Origin: Callorhinchus milii
Lineage: Eukaryota
NCBI RefSeq assembly: GCF_018977255.1
Contig: NW_024704742.1
Coordinates: forward strand, 109,990,001 to 110,050,000
Length of the DNA: 60,000 nt
Direction of reading: 5' to 3'
Below, one piece after another: positions 37,254 through 51,600 of the stretch; position 1 is the stretch's first letter; every line of letters starts with the position of its first letter. The notes under the pieces are model-generated. The model saw nothing but the letters and a program-made list of their open reading frames with translations. It was not told the origin of the DNA and did no database searches. Position numbers and translations under genes: made by a program.

Positions 37254-40200
37254 TTCGGTGGGTGGGGGGGAGATTTATAATAAAATAAATAGTTTTTTTT
37301 TTGAAGAACCAAGAGAAAGTGTCGGTTTGAGAGGTCGCCTGATCCTGCAACGAGACATGGGTTTGAACTACACCTGGAATGTATGAGTTGATTTGCTTTT
37401 GGGCAGGAGCTGTTGGATGGGAGCAGCAGCATCTCGACAGCTTGTTAATTAAAGCCCCCTGGAGATGAGCCTCTGGAGCCACCGTCCGTATCAAGCCAGT
37501 GCTAAATATCCAGCTTCTGACAGCAACCCCAGAGTAAAGTGAAATCAAACTAAAATTAAAAAAAACCCCAATGCTTATCGATTGAGATCTGCCCTCCCTC
37601 TGCTTTCTCTCACCCTCCCACCCCATATGGATGCCCCATCCAGGCTGCCTATCACTGTGTGCAGCACTTGAACATATAGGAAAATATCAATCAACTATCT
37701 TGTTCCATGTTTATACATGTATCCGGCCTGCGAGATGCTCAACGTTTCAATATGTGTTTTCTTACTCCGGATCTCTCTCTCCCCTCAAACACATTTAGAA
37801 TTGTCAACATTTTGCATTTCAACAACAACAAAAAAAGGCCTCACACATTGATTGACCTGTTTTTGTACTTGAGGAAACAAACCCCTCTGCTGTAGCTGCA
37901 CCGACCTGTTGAATTACCTTTGCTTAAGTTTATTTGAAACGTCTCTGAATATAAATATTAGATTGAGTGCAGTATTTTAAATGGTAAGGAGCTGCGAAAT
38001 GTCCTGAATTTCGAGCATTTTGCAATGTGGTACTGGAAGGATTACCCCCGCCCCCACCCGATGGTCTCCTTTGTCAAATCATTATTTGTTCGAAAACATC
38101 CGTATAACATTAAGCTTCAAGTTCACTGCTTCAAGGACTTGTGAATTTATTTATTTTAACTTTGTTTTAACAAAGGCATCGCTCCTGTTTATTTCCTTAG
38201 TGATTGGTCTTCAAATACCAAGCCTCCCTTTCTTCCATTAGTCTCAGATCTTGCTTTACAAGCTCTGGGTAGAGACAGCCTTGTCATGTGTCCACTGAAC
38301 CTGGTTAAACCCTTTTCACCTGGGCACTTTTTCTCTTGCAACCCTTCAAAGTCATCCCTAAATGGCTCTTGCTCTGTGTAGATCATTTGTCAACGTCAAG
38401 GATGGACTTGCTTCTATTTAGTGAAAGTAAACTAACTGCTACATGGTGATGCTATACAGGGAAAAGCTTCCTTGATGTTTTCGTGGAAATCAATACAATA
38501 TTCCAAACCCTTTACCAAGTATATGAACAGCTTTCAAAACTATTGAATTTATGAAAAGTAATACTTCATTTATCGATTGCGTTTCTGAAATTGGAGTAAC
38601 TGAAAGCTGTCGTCTCCACATATAAGCAATCTGCAGAACATTAAAATAACCTCCAAAGAAATCATTCAACATGAAATTAATCCATTGTTAAGAATGTTTT
38701 ACAACCTTTTTAATATCAATATTGTGCGCTCACTTATACCTTACAGCCAAAGGAAGTTATATGATAACATAATGATGCGGGTAATGCATTGTATTATCGA
38801 ATAAATTGTAAAATAAGTTTTTTTTTATTCTTTGGCGTGAATAACAGGGAACAAACTGAGTTATAATAACCCTAAACATTATCCTTTGGATGTTTCCGTT
38901 TGATCTCATAAAGAAAAATAACGTGTCAATTCAGAAGATTTCTCATTAAATATATTGCAGTTTTTTGCATTCATAGTTATTTCGAATATCTTTTATTTTG
39001 TATGTAATAATTTTTAAAAAATAATAATTGCATCTGTCGTTTAACTTCAGCTGTGCTATTGAGCAGAAATACGCTTAGTATTGAACATATAGCAGAGACT
39101 AGGAAGACGGCCCCGTGCAATACTTTTCGTTAATATCTAGAAGGAAAAATACATTTTTTACATACAATACATGTGTTTTTCTTTCCTACTCAGAGTATTT
39201 ATTCGAGAATTAAGTCAAATTAAAACTTTCTGAGAACTTCCAAGCTCGCACTTTCGGATTCAACCCCTCTTAAAATCTGCTGAAGTTAGTTTAGAAACAC
39301 GATCGATAAGGTTTTAATGGATCAAAACTCTTTACCTGAGAAAGAAATGATATCGAACTCATGGGTTTGGTAATATAAATCAGCCGGAATAAGTTCAAAT
39401 AGCGTCTGGCCGAGAGTGGAGAAACACATATAACAATCCTTAAAAACTTTTTAAAACTAATTTTATTTAAATCACGATGGACATTTGTTCCATTTCGTCA
39501 AAAACAAACAAATAAGATCCCGTTTGCAGTGTTATTTGTTCGACAGCTGATAGGAGACAAGAGGGAAACGGGTAATGTCTCGTATTTAAAATCTGTATCG
39601 AATTAACACGCGTAAAAGGCGCATTCGCTCATATTAATATTAATTGGAACAAAGAAAATAGGTTATCTTATTTTTATTTTGCAACTGAACTCCATTTAAC
39701 CCTTAGTGTGTCAACGGAAGAAGTCGACTGTCCAATAAATCGAATGAGTATTGCACTTGTTTTGCTTTGGTTGCAGCTGGTGCTTTGAGAAGCTGGAAGG
39801 CAGTGCAGGTGTGCAATGGCTGTTCTCAGCCTCTAATCTCTCGCTGCTGCTGATGTTGGCTTTGAAGGCACTTTGCACTTCTGCTGCGGTCCAGTCTGAG
39901 CCCTGCTATTGCTTTCAGCGCCTTCCAGTTACAATATAACCGCAACCATCTCCCAACTAATGCAAACCAGATGTAGCATCCACAGTGAAATAAATATAGG
40001 ATAACTTTTCTTGCATATAAAAAAAAGGCTAACTTCAAGGCATGTGTCGAATACTTGCTGCATCTCACATTTTCTTTTCTCTCCCCCCCCCCCCCCCCCC
40101 ACCCCCCTCTCTCTCTTTCTTTGCAATCGATGGAAAGAGGTGAAAGGAAATGAAACGACAAAGACTGGAAAATTACGTTTTGTCCCTAAACCATTTGCGT

Positions 40201-41747
40201 GTCTCAAATTGATTGCATTATTTTTGCACAAAAATACGAATTCTTCTTTCAAACAGTCAACGGCACAATTAAGACAGGCTAATTCCAAAACAGTTTCAAA
40301 GTTATGTTGATCGTGAATTAACTGGCACTCGTTAATAAAATAAATACACGGTGTAAAATGTGTAACGCTTAAATTTAGATTTACGAATCTACAAACCACA
40401 TTTATCAGACACACTCGATCAATGCTTAAATTCACCATTACAAATGAACAATTTTATATTATTGCGATTTATTAACAACATCTGAATGATTTTATGTTTG
40501 CCTATGTGTTACAGAAAATTAAATAATTCCCTTCTGATCCGTGTATATAATAAGTGTTCGGTTTGTAGTCGCTATAACAGTGGGATTTAATTTTGTTTTC
40601 TGTTATTACAGTATAGTTTACGTTTATTTCTCGCTGTCGTTTATTTTCTGGCTCTGTTTGAGGTTCAAGGGAATCCTCGGTGCTACAAGAATAATTCTAC
40701 GATCTTTATTCAAAGCTTCATTTGATATTACAAATCGAATTTTTCTGTCAAATCGATAAACACAATTAGTTCTCTCAAGCCCCTGGCGAATCACTTTTAC
40801 CAAATCTGATGCATTTCTGTACGGGAAGCTACTTCCATGTTTATCAATTGCAAAGCAAATAAACTATTTAGCCCTGGACTGGGCAGCGTTGGGTGACTTT
40901 TTTTTCCACGTACTCCGAAAAAAGTTCTCAGCGCAATGAGGTACATTGTTAAGCACTCACAGCGCTCCTGTCATGATATTGCCGAATAATCATATTTGGG
41001 TTTATGGTGGTAAAAAGTAAACTCAGAAGCTAAAATGGTTAGTTATCATAAATAAAAGGGATTAATTGATATGAATCAATTGTAATATAATGGATTATTT
41101 TAGGGCATCGTGAACTAGGTATTCCTTAAATATTTTAAATGCCCAACGCCCCATGTGCTGCTTTTAGAAAGTGTGAAATTTAATACAGTGCAACACTCAC
41201 TGAATCAGAAGCTAATACATTGCGATCTGCAACGACTGTGCATTTGTTCGAAAATACAAACGCGGTGTAACGAAGTGGGCAGTTGCAATTGTCTTTTTTT
41301 TAAAATAAAAAAAATAAAAAAATAAAATCGATAACATCTGGACAGCTGTGCGAATGTGCGCGAATGCGTTTAAAATAAACCTTAAAGGAGAACAGTTTGA
41401 AACCATGTTTTCCAGCAGCTCCTGGGGCTGCGGTTAAGCGGATCGAAAAACAGCGCCATCTAGCCCACATATCTCGGAACTACAAGGCAGCACTGAAGAC
41501 AAGGCTTCAAACGGAGACGAGCAAAAGACCAGTCCCTGAAGATCACAGCACCGCACACTTAGACAAGCCGTCTAACAACTCTGAATATGCTGCATGCAAA
41601 TGCTTCGACGCCTCGGACAGGAGCAGAAATCTATTGCAATAAAATTACTTAAAGAAATAGTTTCCATTGAAAAGTCGAACATTAACCATTCAGCACCGCA
41701 GAACACCAACAGTACACATTTATGTATAGATGGTTCTGTTCGGCCAT

Positions 41748-41830
41748 CGATCAATCAATGTACCTATAGATCTATCTATCAATCTATCAGTCAATCAATC
41801 AATCAATCTATCAATCACTCTCTCTATCTA
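41748..41830. repeat. (TCAA)/(TCTA) tetranucleotide repeat
   Basis: Direct reading. Confidence 0.85.
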
Positions 41831-44800
41831 TTATGTATCATTGTTTGCTGATCGTAAACAGAGAATGTTAAATGCCGAATACAACTGTCACAAATGAAGC
41901 GGTTTTATTTAGTAACTTGCTTTTGCTTTTTTTTTTAAACCTTCAATTTTCAAAAGTAAAATTAATGCAAGGAATAATTGCTTTCAAGTCGGCGGATCGA
42001 GGGAAACAGTTGCAATACATTTGCACCCGTTTATCCACATCATCAGATATTCCTCATTTTAAACCTGAATCGGTCATTTTAATATCTGCATTTGCTATCT
42101 TCTGGGTTTATCTCTAAGCAATGTTAGCAAATGCTGACTGTGGATGTGGAACAACCGTGAGACGAAAATGTTCCGATTACTAATTTATTAACCAAAGAAT
42201 TTCGATCATATATATATATATATACACATATACATACACCTCATGTTGGATTTGCAGCTTTGATACAAATACAGAGAACACACAAGGAAGGACCTATTTT
42301 TTTTTAAAAATCGTTAAAACCTCGAAGTTTGTTGAAGCATTTTTCATTTCACTGTTTTTAACCACCTCGCTATGTTATTTTCTTTCAGAATTGCCGGCGT
42401 GAAAACAATTAAAGTGCATTATTAAAATACTCACACGGCCTGTTACAAAATCGCATTAAAACAGCATGGTTTGCGATTTAAAATGCATTTGAATTCTGAG
42501 CGAAATTTGTGGAAAAAAATAGCTCGCGTCATTAATCATGTGAATTCTCTTAAATAATATGTGCAACCATAAAACATTTGATGTTTTATGCCCAGGAAAA
42601 TGTGAGCACTATGGTTAGAACGAGTCATCAAAAAGCTGATCTCGGCCTTGAAACACGTAAGATGTTATCTCAAAACAAATATAACAAACAAAGCAAACAT
42701 TCAGAGCGTTTCACTCCTGCACATAACTTCGAATGGCATTTTATTTAGCTGAGGCGGGTTCCCGTTAAAATAGCTCATGCAATGTAAAATATTTATGTTT
42801 TGTGATTGCATAGCGCTGGCATCTTTGGGAGTGTTAAGTAAGGTTGAGTATTTAATTAATTTATAAAAACATTGGAAACTCTTTCTGGTTCCTTTCTCTT
42901 TCAAGATTATCATCACTGCTATTAGTAATTTGAGGTTGTTAGCGGCAAATTGACAGTAAATTATGTAACATGTCTGTTTCCTGTACTCCGCCTCTTTACT
43001 GTAGCGGAATAGTTTATTTTTTATCTTAAAGTCAAACAAATATCATTTTTGCATCAACGGGGCCCTAAAGTTAGACAATATTTTAATTATTTATTCTTTC
43101 GTCTAATCTATTGGAAGCAAAATTCCCACTTCTATTACATAACTGATAAGTTCTGTGCTATGTTGTCACTATCGTACTCAAATAGATTGATGGTCATCGC
43201 CCTGCGCCAAAGGAAAGCAAGTCTGAGATTATTATTTACCAAATATGAAAAAAAAACGACTGAACAAAAGAACGAAAAGAGGAGAACTGTAAACCCAGAA
43301 ACACGGGCCATCAGAAAGCTTGTTTTTAAGACTGATAGTGGCTGTTTCTATGGTAATTATCTTTGTTTTCCCCTTCGAGATATTTAGGTAAGGGGAAAGA
43401 CAGGCTCATATTGTGTTGTGTTATTATTTTGATAATTTCAGTCACTGGTGATGAAGTCCCTTGCGAGACCCCAGTGGAAGAAAATAATTAAAAAAGATAA
43501 CTATACACCTGAAAAGTCACAGCACACACAGGGTGAGGTGTGTTTAGCTTCAATGCCATGTTGAATGGAATTCTGAACAAATTGGTGTAAATTTACAGTG
43601 ACACTAAATCTTCATGCTTTTTTTGGGTGGGGGGGGGGGGGTGAGTGGGGGGGGGGGGTGGGGGCTGGGACGCTGATTCGCTAACACACAAAGCCAACAT
43701 TGCAGGAAACTATTGTGTTACTCGCCCAGTGCACATGCAATTTTCAAAACAGTGTAAAAACAACAAACAGGACCATATCGACATCAGTGCTTCTGTACAC
43801 CGCAAAGTCTTTATATCACTGGAAGCACGTTGTGTGCAGTAGCAGCAGTTTATAAGATTCGTAAAGAAAACCACAAGGTGCCAGCGGCGCTCAGAATTAT
43901 TTCCACTGATGTATTTTCATCTGGTGATTACGTGGCGCTACAACGTCCACTAATTGTAATCCCGTTACAGAGAGGCAATGGCCTTATATTCTGATTTGTC
44001 CTTTGGTTTTGCTGGTGTACTACATGCTGAAATATTGGTGATAAATGAGTGGAGAATTTCACAGAGAAAAAAGAGGCGACTGAAGTGGGATCAATTGAAA
44101 ACAACATAATGAGACTGAATTACGTCTGTCGAAATGTTCCTTTTAGTAAAAGGTGTTAATTTCATGCTGCCGGCGCTGTAATATTTGTAATTCCATATTA
44201 GGTGATTCTGTAAATTAGATATTCTGCAGGAGATGATTTAAGATTTGCAGTTCACATTGGGAAGTGCATGCTTGTTTCTATTACACAACCTCACTGTGCA
44301 TGAATGTACACTGTTAGGAAGAGTGTGCACTGTGACACCACGCCTTACCTTCATGCTCTCATCTATATATCAAACAAAGATTCCCCACTTTACGAAGCAT
44401 ACGTGGTGCTGAATGCAGGGGATTTCAAACTGTACTTTGATGTGGTTCATAAAAAAAATGAACTTCACCTGAATGTTTTTAGCTCCCCCTCCTCCTCTTG
44501 TTTCTTATTAAACCACCACATTGCTCCTGTCCAGTAATAGCTTATTAAACTGTCCTTTGTCCTTCCTCGCTGCTGTCTTTTTAATGTTATGGAAAGCGTG
44601 AGTTACATTTTCACATAGCAATCTCATGTATGGTTCGAGGGGACGTTAATGTATAAGCCGCAAAGCAACAATTAGTAAACAGGGGTCAATTGTTTGGTTG
44701 GACAGAAAGAATAACCACAACAACATTTTTTTCCCCCTTTTCTCTCTCTTTTTTAAAAAAAAGCAACCAGAAGAGAATATTTTAAATATGCTCAGCTTTC

Positions 44801-47800
44801 TGAAACCTCACCCGAACCAATAAATACTCCGAAGCAACAATGAAGTTAAATAATCATAATAAAACAAAGGCTGTTTAAAGTGTGAATGAAACTTTCCTAT
44901 AAACTTTACTTGGGGCGAATTTTCGTAACTGCCCTTTGTATTTAAGACTCCCTTTCAGAAAGTGAGTATTCACAAAGACGTCTGTAATAGTGCTTTGAAA
45001 GGTGTTCACATGAGGACACTGTCTCCTTTCTAGTAAGAAGGAGTGAAGATCTGACAGGTTTTGTTGTCAGTAGTATAGTGCGAGCTTTGTAAGATATTCG
45101 TTTTTCTTTCTCTAAATGCTCCAACTTAATAAAGACCCCCTGTCTTAAAGCGTGCATGCCCCTGCTGGCTCTGTCCACCCTCTGTCCAGCCTGTCCCAAT
45201 AACCCCCACGTGATGTCTGCTAACATAATTTTAATGATTTTGTCAACGTACACAGAATTAATTTTCATAAAAATGCAAAACAGACAACGTCCTTGGAAGA
45301 AGAAAAAAAATACTGTACGCTTTTGCTTCTCCGGGGGAGGGGGCCCTCCTTAAAAGCCTGTGCTGCCCAGAAGGAGAAACTGCTCCTTGACTTCAAATTC
45401 ATCCCATTTCAAAAGAAAAGATTTCAAACCTGAAAAAAAAAATTCGCCCCCCATTCAGATTAGGAGCGTTTATTTCTTGCTTGGCCTTTGAACAGAGAGG
45501 TCATGTCACTCAGGGAAAAAAAAAGGGCTATTCCTTCGTTCTTCACCTCCCCACCACAACGCCTCTCTCCCTCTCCCTCTCTGTCTGTCTCCCTGACTCT
45601 AAAAAAAACCCTCTCGGTCTGGAACTGGCTTTAAGGCAACATGCTACAAAGATTAAACATTTGGCTCTTTTTTTTCACAAGAAGACGGAGTTCTCCTGTA
45701 ATCATAGCAACGGTATGTAGGCCACAAAGTGCCACCAAACAGCTAGTGATGTCCTCCCTGGAGCGTTTGCGTCTCAGGCTTGTAGGATCTTTATCGAGTT
45801 GCTGTTTGGCACCGCAGCAAGTCTCTCTATGAATTAAAATTAAATATGGCTGACTCAATATCAGCAATAAGCCAAATAGATTAAACTCTGGGACGTGGCC
45901 CGGCAAATAGCCTCTACCTGGGCGCATCTTTAAAAAAAAACGTGTCGACTTGCTGCCAGTGTTGCTGCTCAAGGTATTTTCTGTTCGGTTGTGTGGCTGT
46001 GATTTTTTTTTTAAATCTATGCATTTGCATTTTCCCTTATGAACTGCTTGTTTGGGTAGGAAAATGTATGTTGACGGGAACGTTTAGTAGTGGATTATTT
46101 ACGAGGGAATCATAGGGTCAAGTTCTGGTTTAAGTGGCACATCTGCGAAACATTGAGGCTGCTAATTCACCAAAGACTGCGCCGCTTTTATTATAGACAT
46201 ATTGGGGAATTAGTAAGAGTCCGCGTCCCCCTTCAAGGGGGTGGGGAGTGTGTTGGGTGGGGGGGGGAGGGAGGGAGGAGGGGTGGGGGGTGGAAGGCTG
46301 ATTATATCATGATGTATAGTTGGCTACACGTTCAATCTGTAACACTACAGCTTAAACGTGAAGGCGAAAAAAAAAAATCCAACAAAAAGCTCTAGCCATC
46401 CATTATAAAGAAAAATAGGAGCCATGCTGAGAAATTAGGTAAATAAATTCTAAATTAGAAGAATATTAACCACAACATCATTCACCCAGCCTCCACGCCT
46501 GTCGGTCCCCATGTACAATTACATTAAAGCAAATTCGCATTTAAACATTACTGCTCGCCAAACAGATCTCATTTTTTTGCTCTCAAAAAAAAATCGCTGT
46601 GTATATTGCAGCTCCGAGGCAGCAAATGCTGTGATGTTTAAAGACGGTGTGTGAACGGTTCTGGTTTCACGTAATAATAACATGTCCTGAATGCACTAAC
46701 CTCTGTGTGTGCTGGTTCATGAAATCCTCTTCCTTTTGAAAAGGGATTCAGCGTTTAAAATAGACTTACCTCGCACATGACATTTCAGGAAGTCAGATGT
46801 TATTTTTTTTCAGGTTTCATATAGTGACTGGACACATGTATTAGGCTGGAAAGGTTCTAGTCCGCCCATGTTGTCAGCTAAACGACTGTTAGTTTAGATA
46901 CATTAAACTCAGCGACGTTGCAGTGTAAACCAGATCTATCAAACGAGCACCTCGGAGTTTTTTTTTAAACCATCGGAGAAATTGCTAAAATTATTAAAAT
47001 GTTGAAACGTAACATTCTTGTACGTTCATCCTTACGGTCCTGACTGTCGTGTGCATATTGCCCCTAAATAAAATGGTTACATTATAAGCAGTCGCTTCCC
47101 CTATTTATAATACTGAACAACGGAATTGTAAAATGTGCGTCTTTTTGGTCTGAGAATGTACAGTTCGAAGTTTCAAATTATTGTGTGGAAACTGGAAGAG
47201 TAGTCGGGACAGTGTGCGTGTATTTATCCATAGGGAAGATAAAGAGAGAGAGAGAGAGAGGGATTGTTATCAACACAAGTGCTGGTAACTTTGTAGTAAG
47301 TGTGACTGCATTAAAAGCAGGGCACTAATAAAACTGGTCTCAGCATGGTGTGTAATTGCAGCAGAATGTTTTCAAATAACATTTAAAGAGATAGCTGATT
47401 AAGGAGTCGCTGCCTGGCTGCTATATACTCAAACGGCTGCGGTATTATCTCAGAAAGCCAAGGTGTGAGCAGCCCCAGTAAGGATTGGACTGTCTGCTCA
47501 CGATGTGTTAGGATATGTGTATGTGGTGAAAGTAAGGAAAGGTGTCACATCAATCACGTCATGGTCCAGGCCACATCTTTGCATGCCCACCAGTGCGGCC
47601 TGTGCAGAAAATACACAATTTATAAAGGTATTTTATACAGACACACACGTCCTGCACTCGGTACGTGATGTCTTTTAGAAATGTCTTGACGTCACTGTTG
47701 GTGATGAGGAGATATGGCAGAAGGAATCTCCTGACATTTCTCCTGACTGTTAAAAGTTTCATTCTGTTCAGACTCGTTGCACTAAGACTACAGAGAAACT

Positions 47801-49337
47801 CGAGCCGAGAGCATCTTCTGTGCCTTGTCAGATCTACCAGTGAAACCTTTCCACTCTGCTCTGACTCTGTCATCTGCCTGTTTCCATTTACTGTGCCATG
47901 CACTGAACCCCAGGTCTACAAACAAAAGCTTCTTTTTTTTCTATCTCCTTCCTTTCACTTCTTTTCACTCTCTCATCTTGTTTATTGGCTTTCCGTCTTA
48001 AATATCTCTTCATACACCACTTTCTATTCTGACGTATGCATTTTCCTGTGAATTCACCTTTTCATTATTGCAGAATCACAGCACTATAAATCAACTCCGT
48101 TTTCCTTTCTTCCTTACTTTCTGTAGTCTCGCTTTTGTTTACTCTATCTCAGTCGCCCTCTCTGCGTCTCACACACAAATACACACAAACACCACTCAAA
48201 TGCAAGTGCCACGTGTTGATAAATTTGTACTCAATGACAACCCAAGTCCAATCTCAAAAGAAATAAAACTCTTACTTTTTGCAGACATCCCCCTCTGGCC
48301 GCTGCCTCCTTTAATTATTTTTGCTAGATTTCTTTCCTGTGAAAAAGCCTGGGGTTTTGGGAAGAATCTCGGTGCTGAGTTTTTGAGAAGGGACTGCCGC
48401 CCCATACCCACAGGTTCTCAGTTAAGTGCAGATTGAGACATATCGGGTTCCTTATAAAAGGATCATTTCATGTGGGAGGTTGGACACAAAGTTTGGACTC
48501 GTGACTGGCATTCCTGAGCGACATGCATATTTTAAAACAACAAAGCAAGCGAGGAACAGGGCTTAGAGAATAAGGGAGAAAACTTGGAAGTGAAGTTTCA
48601 GAATGATAACAATCTCTCTTTTTAAAGGTTGGATTCAATATCCTTCTATATTTGTGTATTCTGCGCATTTGCAATTCTCGGGCAATTAGAGATTGCTTTG
48701 TTCATTAAATAACTGTGGTTTACAACCTATAATAGTTAAGATGCAGAAATAGTAACAATTGTTGTAGAGAATAAATAGTGTACAAGTGAACAGTTGCGTG
48801 GATTGAGGGTATCAGGTACACTCGAAGTGTCTTCTCGGGTTCAACACATTGCTGGTGACTCGCCATAGAATCATTCTGTCTTGTTCAATGTGTGCACTTA
48901 TTAAAGTGAAATCAGGGAAGGAAAACCCAGACAGAATAGTGACAGCTGAAGAAATGGGTAGCGTCACACAGCGTGTGAAACCACAATTTAATGCCTGGTG
49001 CCAGAAAATGGCCTGATTGCTTTATTCATTTCATCCATTTAACATGTGATTATCAGCCTGGAAACAGAAAACACAAATCCAGGCGAAATATCATGTAAGC
49101 ACATACACATGTGCCCGCTACTGCTGAGCAATCCCATGCTTTCCCCCAAACTGTATTGATTATTATTTCTTCCATACAATAGTATCACTAACATTTGTGG
49201 AAATTTCAGCCCCTGCAGAAAGAAGAATGAACACCAAATGAGAGAACAAATAGCGAGGACATAGATATCTCTGTTAGTTGTCAATGCAGGACCATGGGCC
49301 GGGAATGCTAATGAGGCTTTGCAGTGAAGACTGGAGC

Positions 49338-49365
49338 TGTGTGTGTGTGTGTGTGTGTGTGTGTG
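49338..49365. repeat. (TG)n microsatellite
   Basis: Direct reading. Confidence 0.9.
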
Positions 49366-51339
49366 CACAGGGATCGATAACTGACCCAATGGTTTGGGCA
49401 ATGAATGCTTTATTTATCTGCCCGAGCAATGATATTATCAGCCTTGAATGTTATATACAGCAAACGTCTTTCTAAATCAACACAAACGGATCGCTTACAG
49501 CAGCCACCCCGCTACCCTCTTGGAGAAGCCTTTCACAACTGGGATATTTTATATCCTGCAGCTTTTATTTGATCCATTGCCTAAGCTTGATCTTGGGCTC
49601 TGTAGACAAGAAGATATATACACAGTTATACAGCCATCATCTTCCCTTCGAATGGACTAGCCTCTGATAGCCCGGCTGCATTTGGTTTATCAAGACACAC
49701 ACACACACACACAAGAGAGAAAGAGAATTGATAATAATCTTATTTTTATTTTATTTTTCTGTACAGCATCTTTATTTCAATTCAGTTTGTCAACAAACAT
49801 GAAAGCAATATTTATAGCAATGCATTGTATTAATACACCAGGATATATACCTATTAGTTGAATACCATTTCAACAAATATTTTTCGATGGGGACATTGTA
49901 CCTCACAAGCATTGTATCAAGCTCCATCTGTCTCTCTCCTGACTGTGGTGTTTGTGTGGTTGTTTTACATTTTTTTAATAATCCCTGATTCAAGTCTGAA
50001 CCGCTTGCCCGCTGCAATAGGGCCGAGCCCGTGTCTTTTACACGAGATACCTTAGAATGGACATTGATTCAGAACACAGATGATAGATACATGGAGAAGA
50101 TGTCAGCTAACACAATGTTTCGATCCATGAAGTATCCAATAAATGACATTGCATTTTATTTGTGTCTGTGAAGAACGGGCAAGCAAACTTTTCTAGAAGT
50201 CTTGTAGCTTTCCTCCCCTAAGTGCAACCACGAAATAAATCTCAATTAGAGAAACAAGCCAAAGTCTGCAATTCGGTACCCAAGACTGTAACTGTCGGAT
50301 GTGTCCTTGCACACGCTGTAAAAAATATAAGTGAGGTACATCATGTGAAATTTGGGGTTGCTGATTTTTGTGTGTGGGACAGGGGTGCTGGAACTCGGAA
50401 TCCTCGGTGTAATGGGTTTGAAATGTATTCTCTGACAAGTGGGGATAATAAATGAGACCTGCTTTCAGATGGATATCTCAGACGTGAAATTGCGCCCAGC
50501 TGGTTGTGTAAGCAAACAAATAGTTTCATGTTAGACTCTCGACTTGTAGGTTGATGAATAGAACACGACATCGGTAAATGGGTCTTTAACTCATTTAGGA
50601 ATAAAACTCTTGGCTCTCTAAGTGAAAGACACGGCGACGCCATGTATCCAGAGCAATCACAATTTAAAAAGAGTTTTATTAGTTTCCACTCCTTCACCCA
50701 GAATTTTTAGCATTAAGTCCAAACGTCAGTCAATCGCTGCAGTGACCAGCGCATCAATGCAAAATCGCATTGGTGCAGAGATTTCCCAGAATTTGAGGAA
50801 ATTCTAGCGTTGATGCACGTAATAGGTTGTTGTTTTTTGTGAAAATACTTGTGGTTTGGAAATGCGAGAAGTTAAATGGAAACGTATTAGAAGATAAACA
50901 TACTTCTCATATTTGACAAATGACATGTGCTTGTAAAATAAACCAGCTTTTTTACGCAAACACGCGGGTGAGGGTGGGGGGTTCAATTTAAGTGGAGTGT
51001 TTTAAAACAAACTACTTTTGAGGATTAATATGAATCTTTCACTTTCTCTCAAACTATGTTGAACGTAATACCAATGGATTTTCTTTGCAGTTTGAGATCA
51101 AGCTGATCAAGTGTCTTTTTAATTTGATTTTTTTTTAAAAAAGTGCAAAAATAGTGACAGAGTTAAGCAGTAAGGATGGACAGGTGGTATGAAAATAAAT
51201 TCACTTCACTCAACTGGAACTGTAATATATACACAGTTATTAAAAGAAATGTTTCAAACGGCAGGCAGACAGTGCTTAGCCTTTGCATAGTTGGATCCCT
51301 GAGGGAGACCCTTTTTGATTTTTTAAACAAACGTTGTGG

Positions 51340-51600
51340 TTACAGCAGCTTAAAATCCACTTAAAAGGGACTGGACAACCTGGTTGAGAGACTGGATTCA
51401 GGGCTAAGAAATGGGGGCAAACAGATCACGTGTTTAAGGGTGAATTCAAAAAGGGAAAAAATGAGCAAAGGACGAGGTTACATATTCAAGCAAATGCAAA
51501 ACAAAAACGGGGAAGAAAGAAGACAAGGTTTCTTTTTTTATGGGTGAGTTCAAGGGAAAGAGATCGAGAAGAGGTGCTGGTGGTAAAATTCAGGCAAACG
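51340..51600 (+). mobile_element. Possible ancient CR1 RT fragment
   Basis: Frameshifted traces: aaagggactggacaacctggttgag (RDLD.LVE-like), gtgaattcaa..gaaaaaatg, gaaagagatc..ggtgctggt (ERDLGVLV-like). Confidence 0.3.

Noticed and set aside
39785..39930. Possible long RNA hairpin (ctggaaggc ... gccttccag)
   Set aside because: Only about 10 bp of clean pairing and an irregular interior; not miRNA-like.
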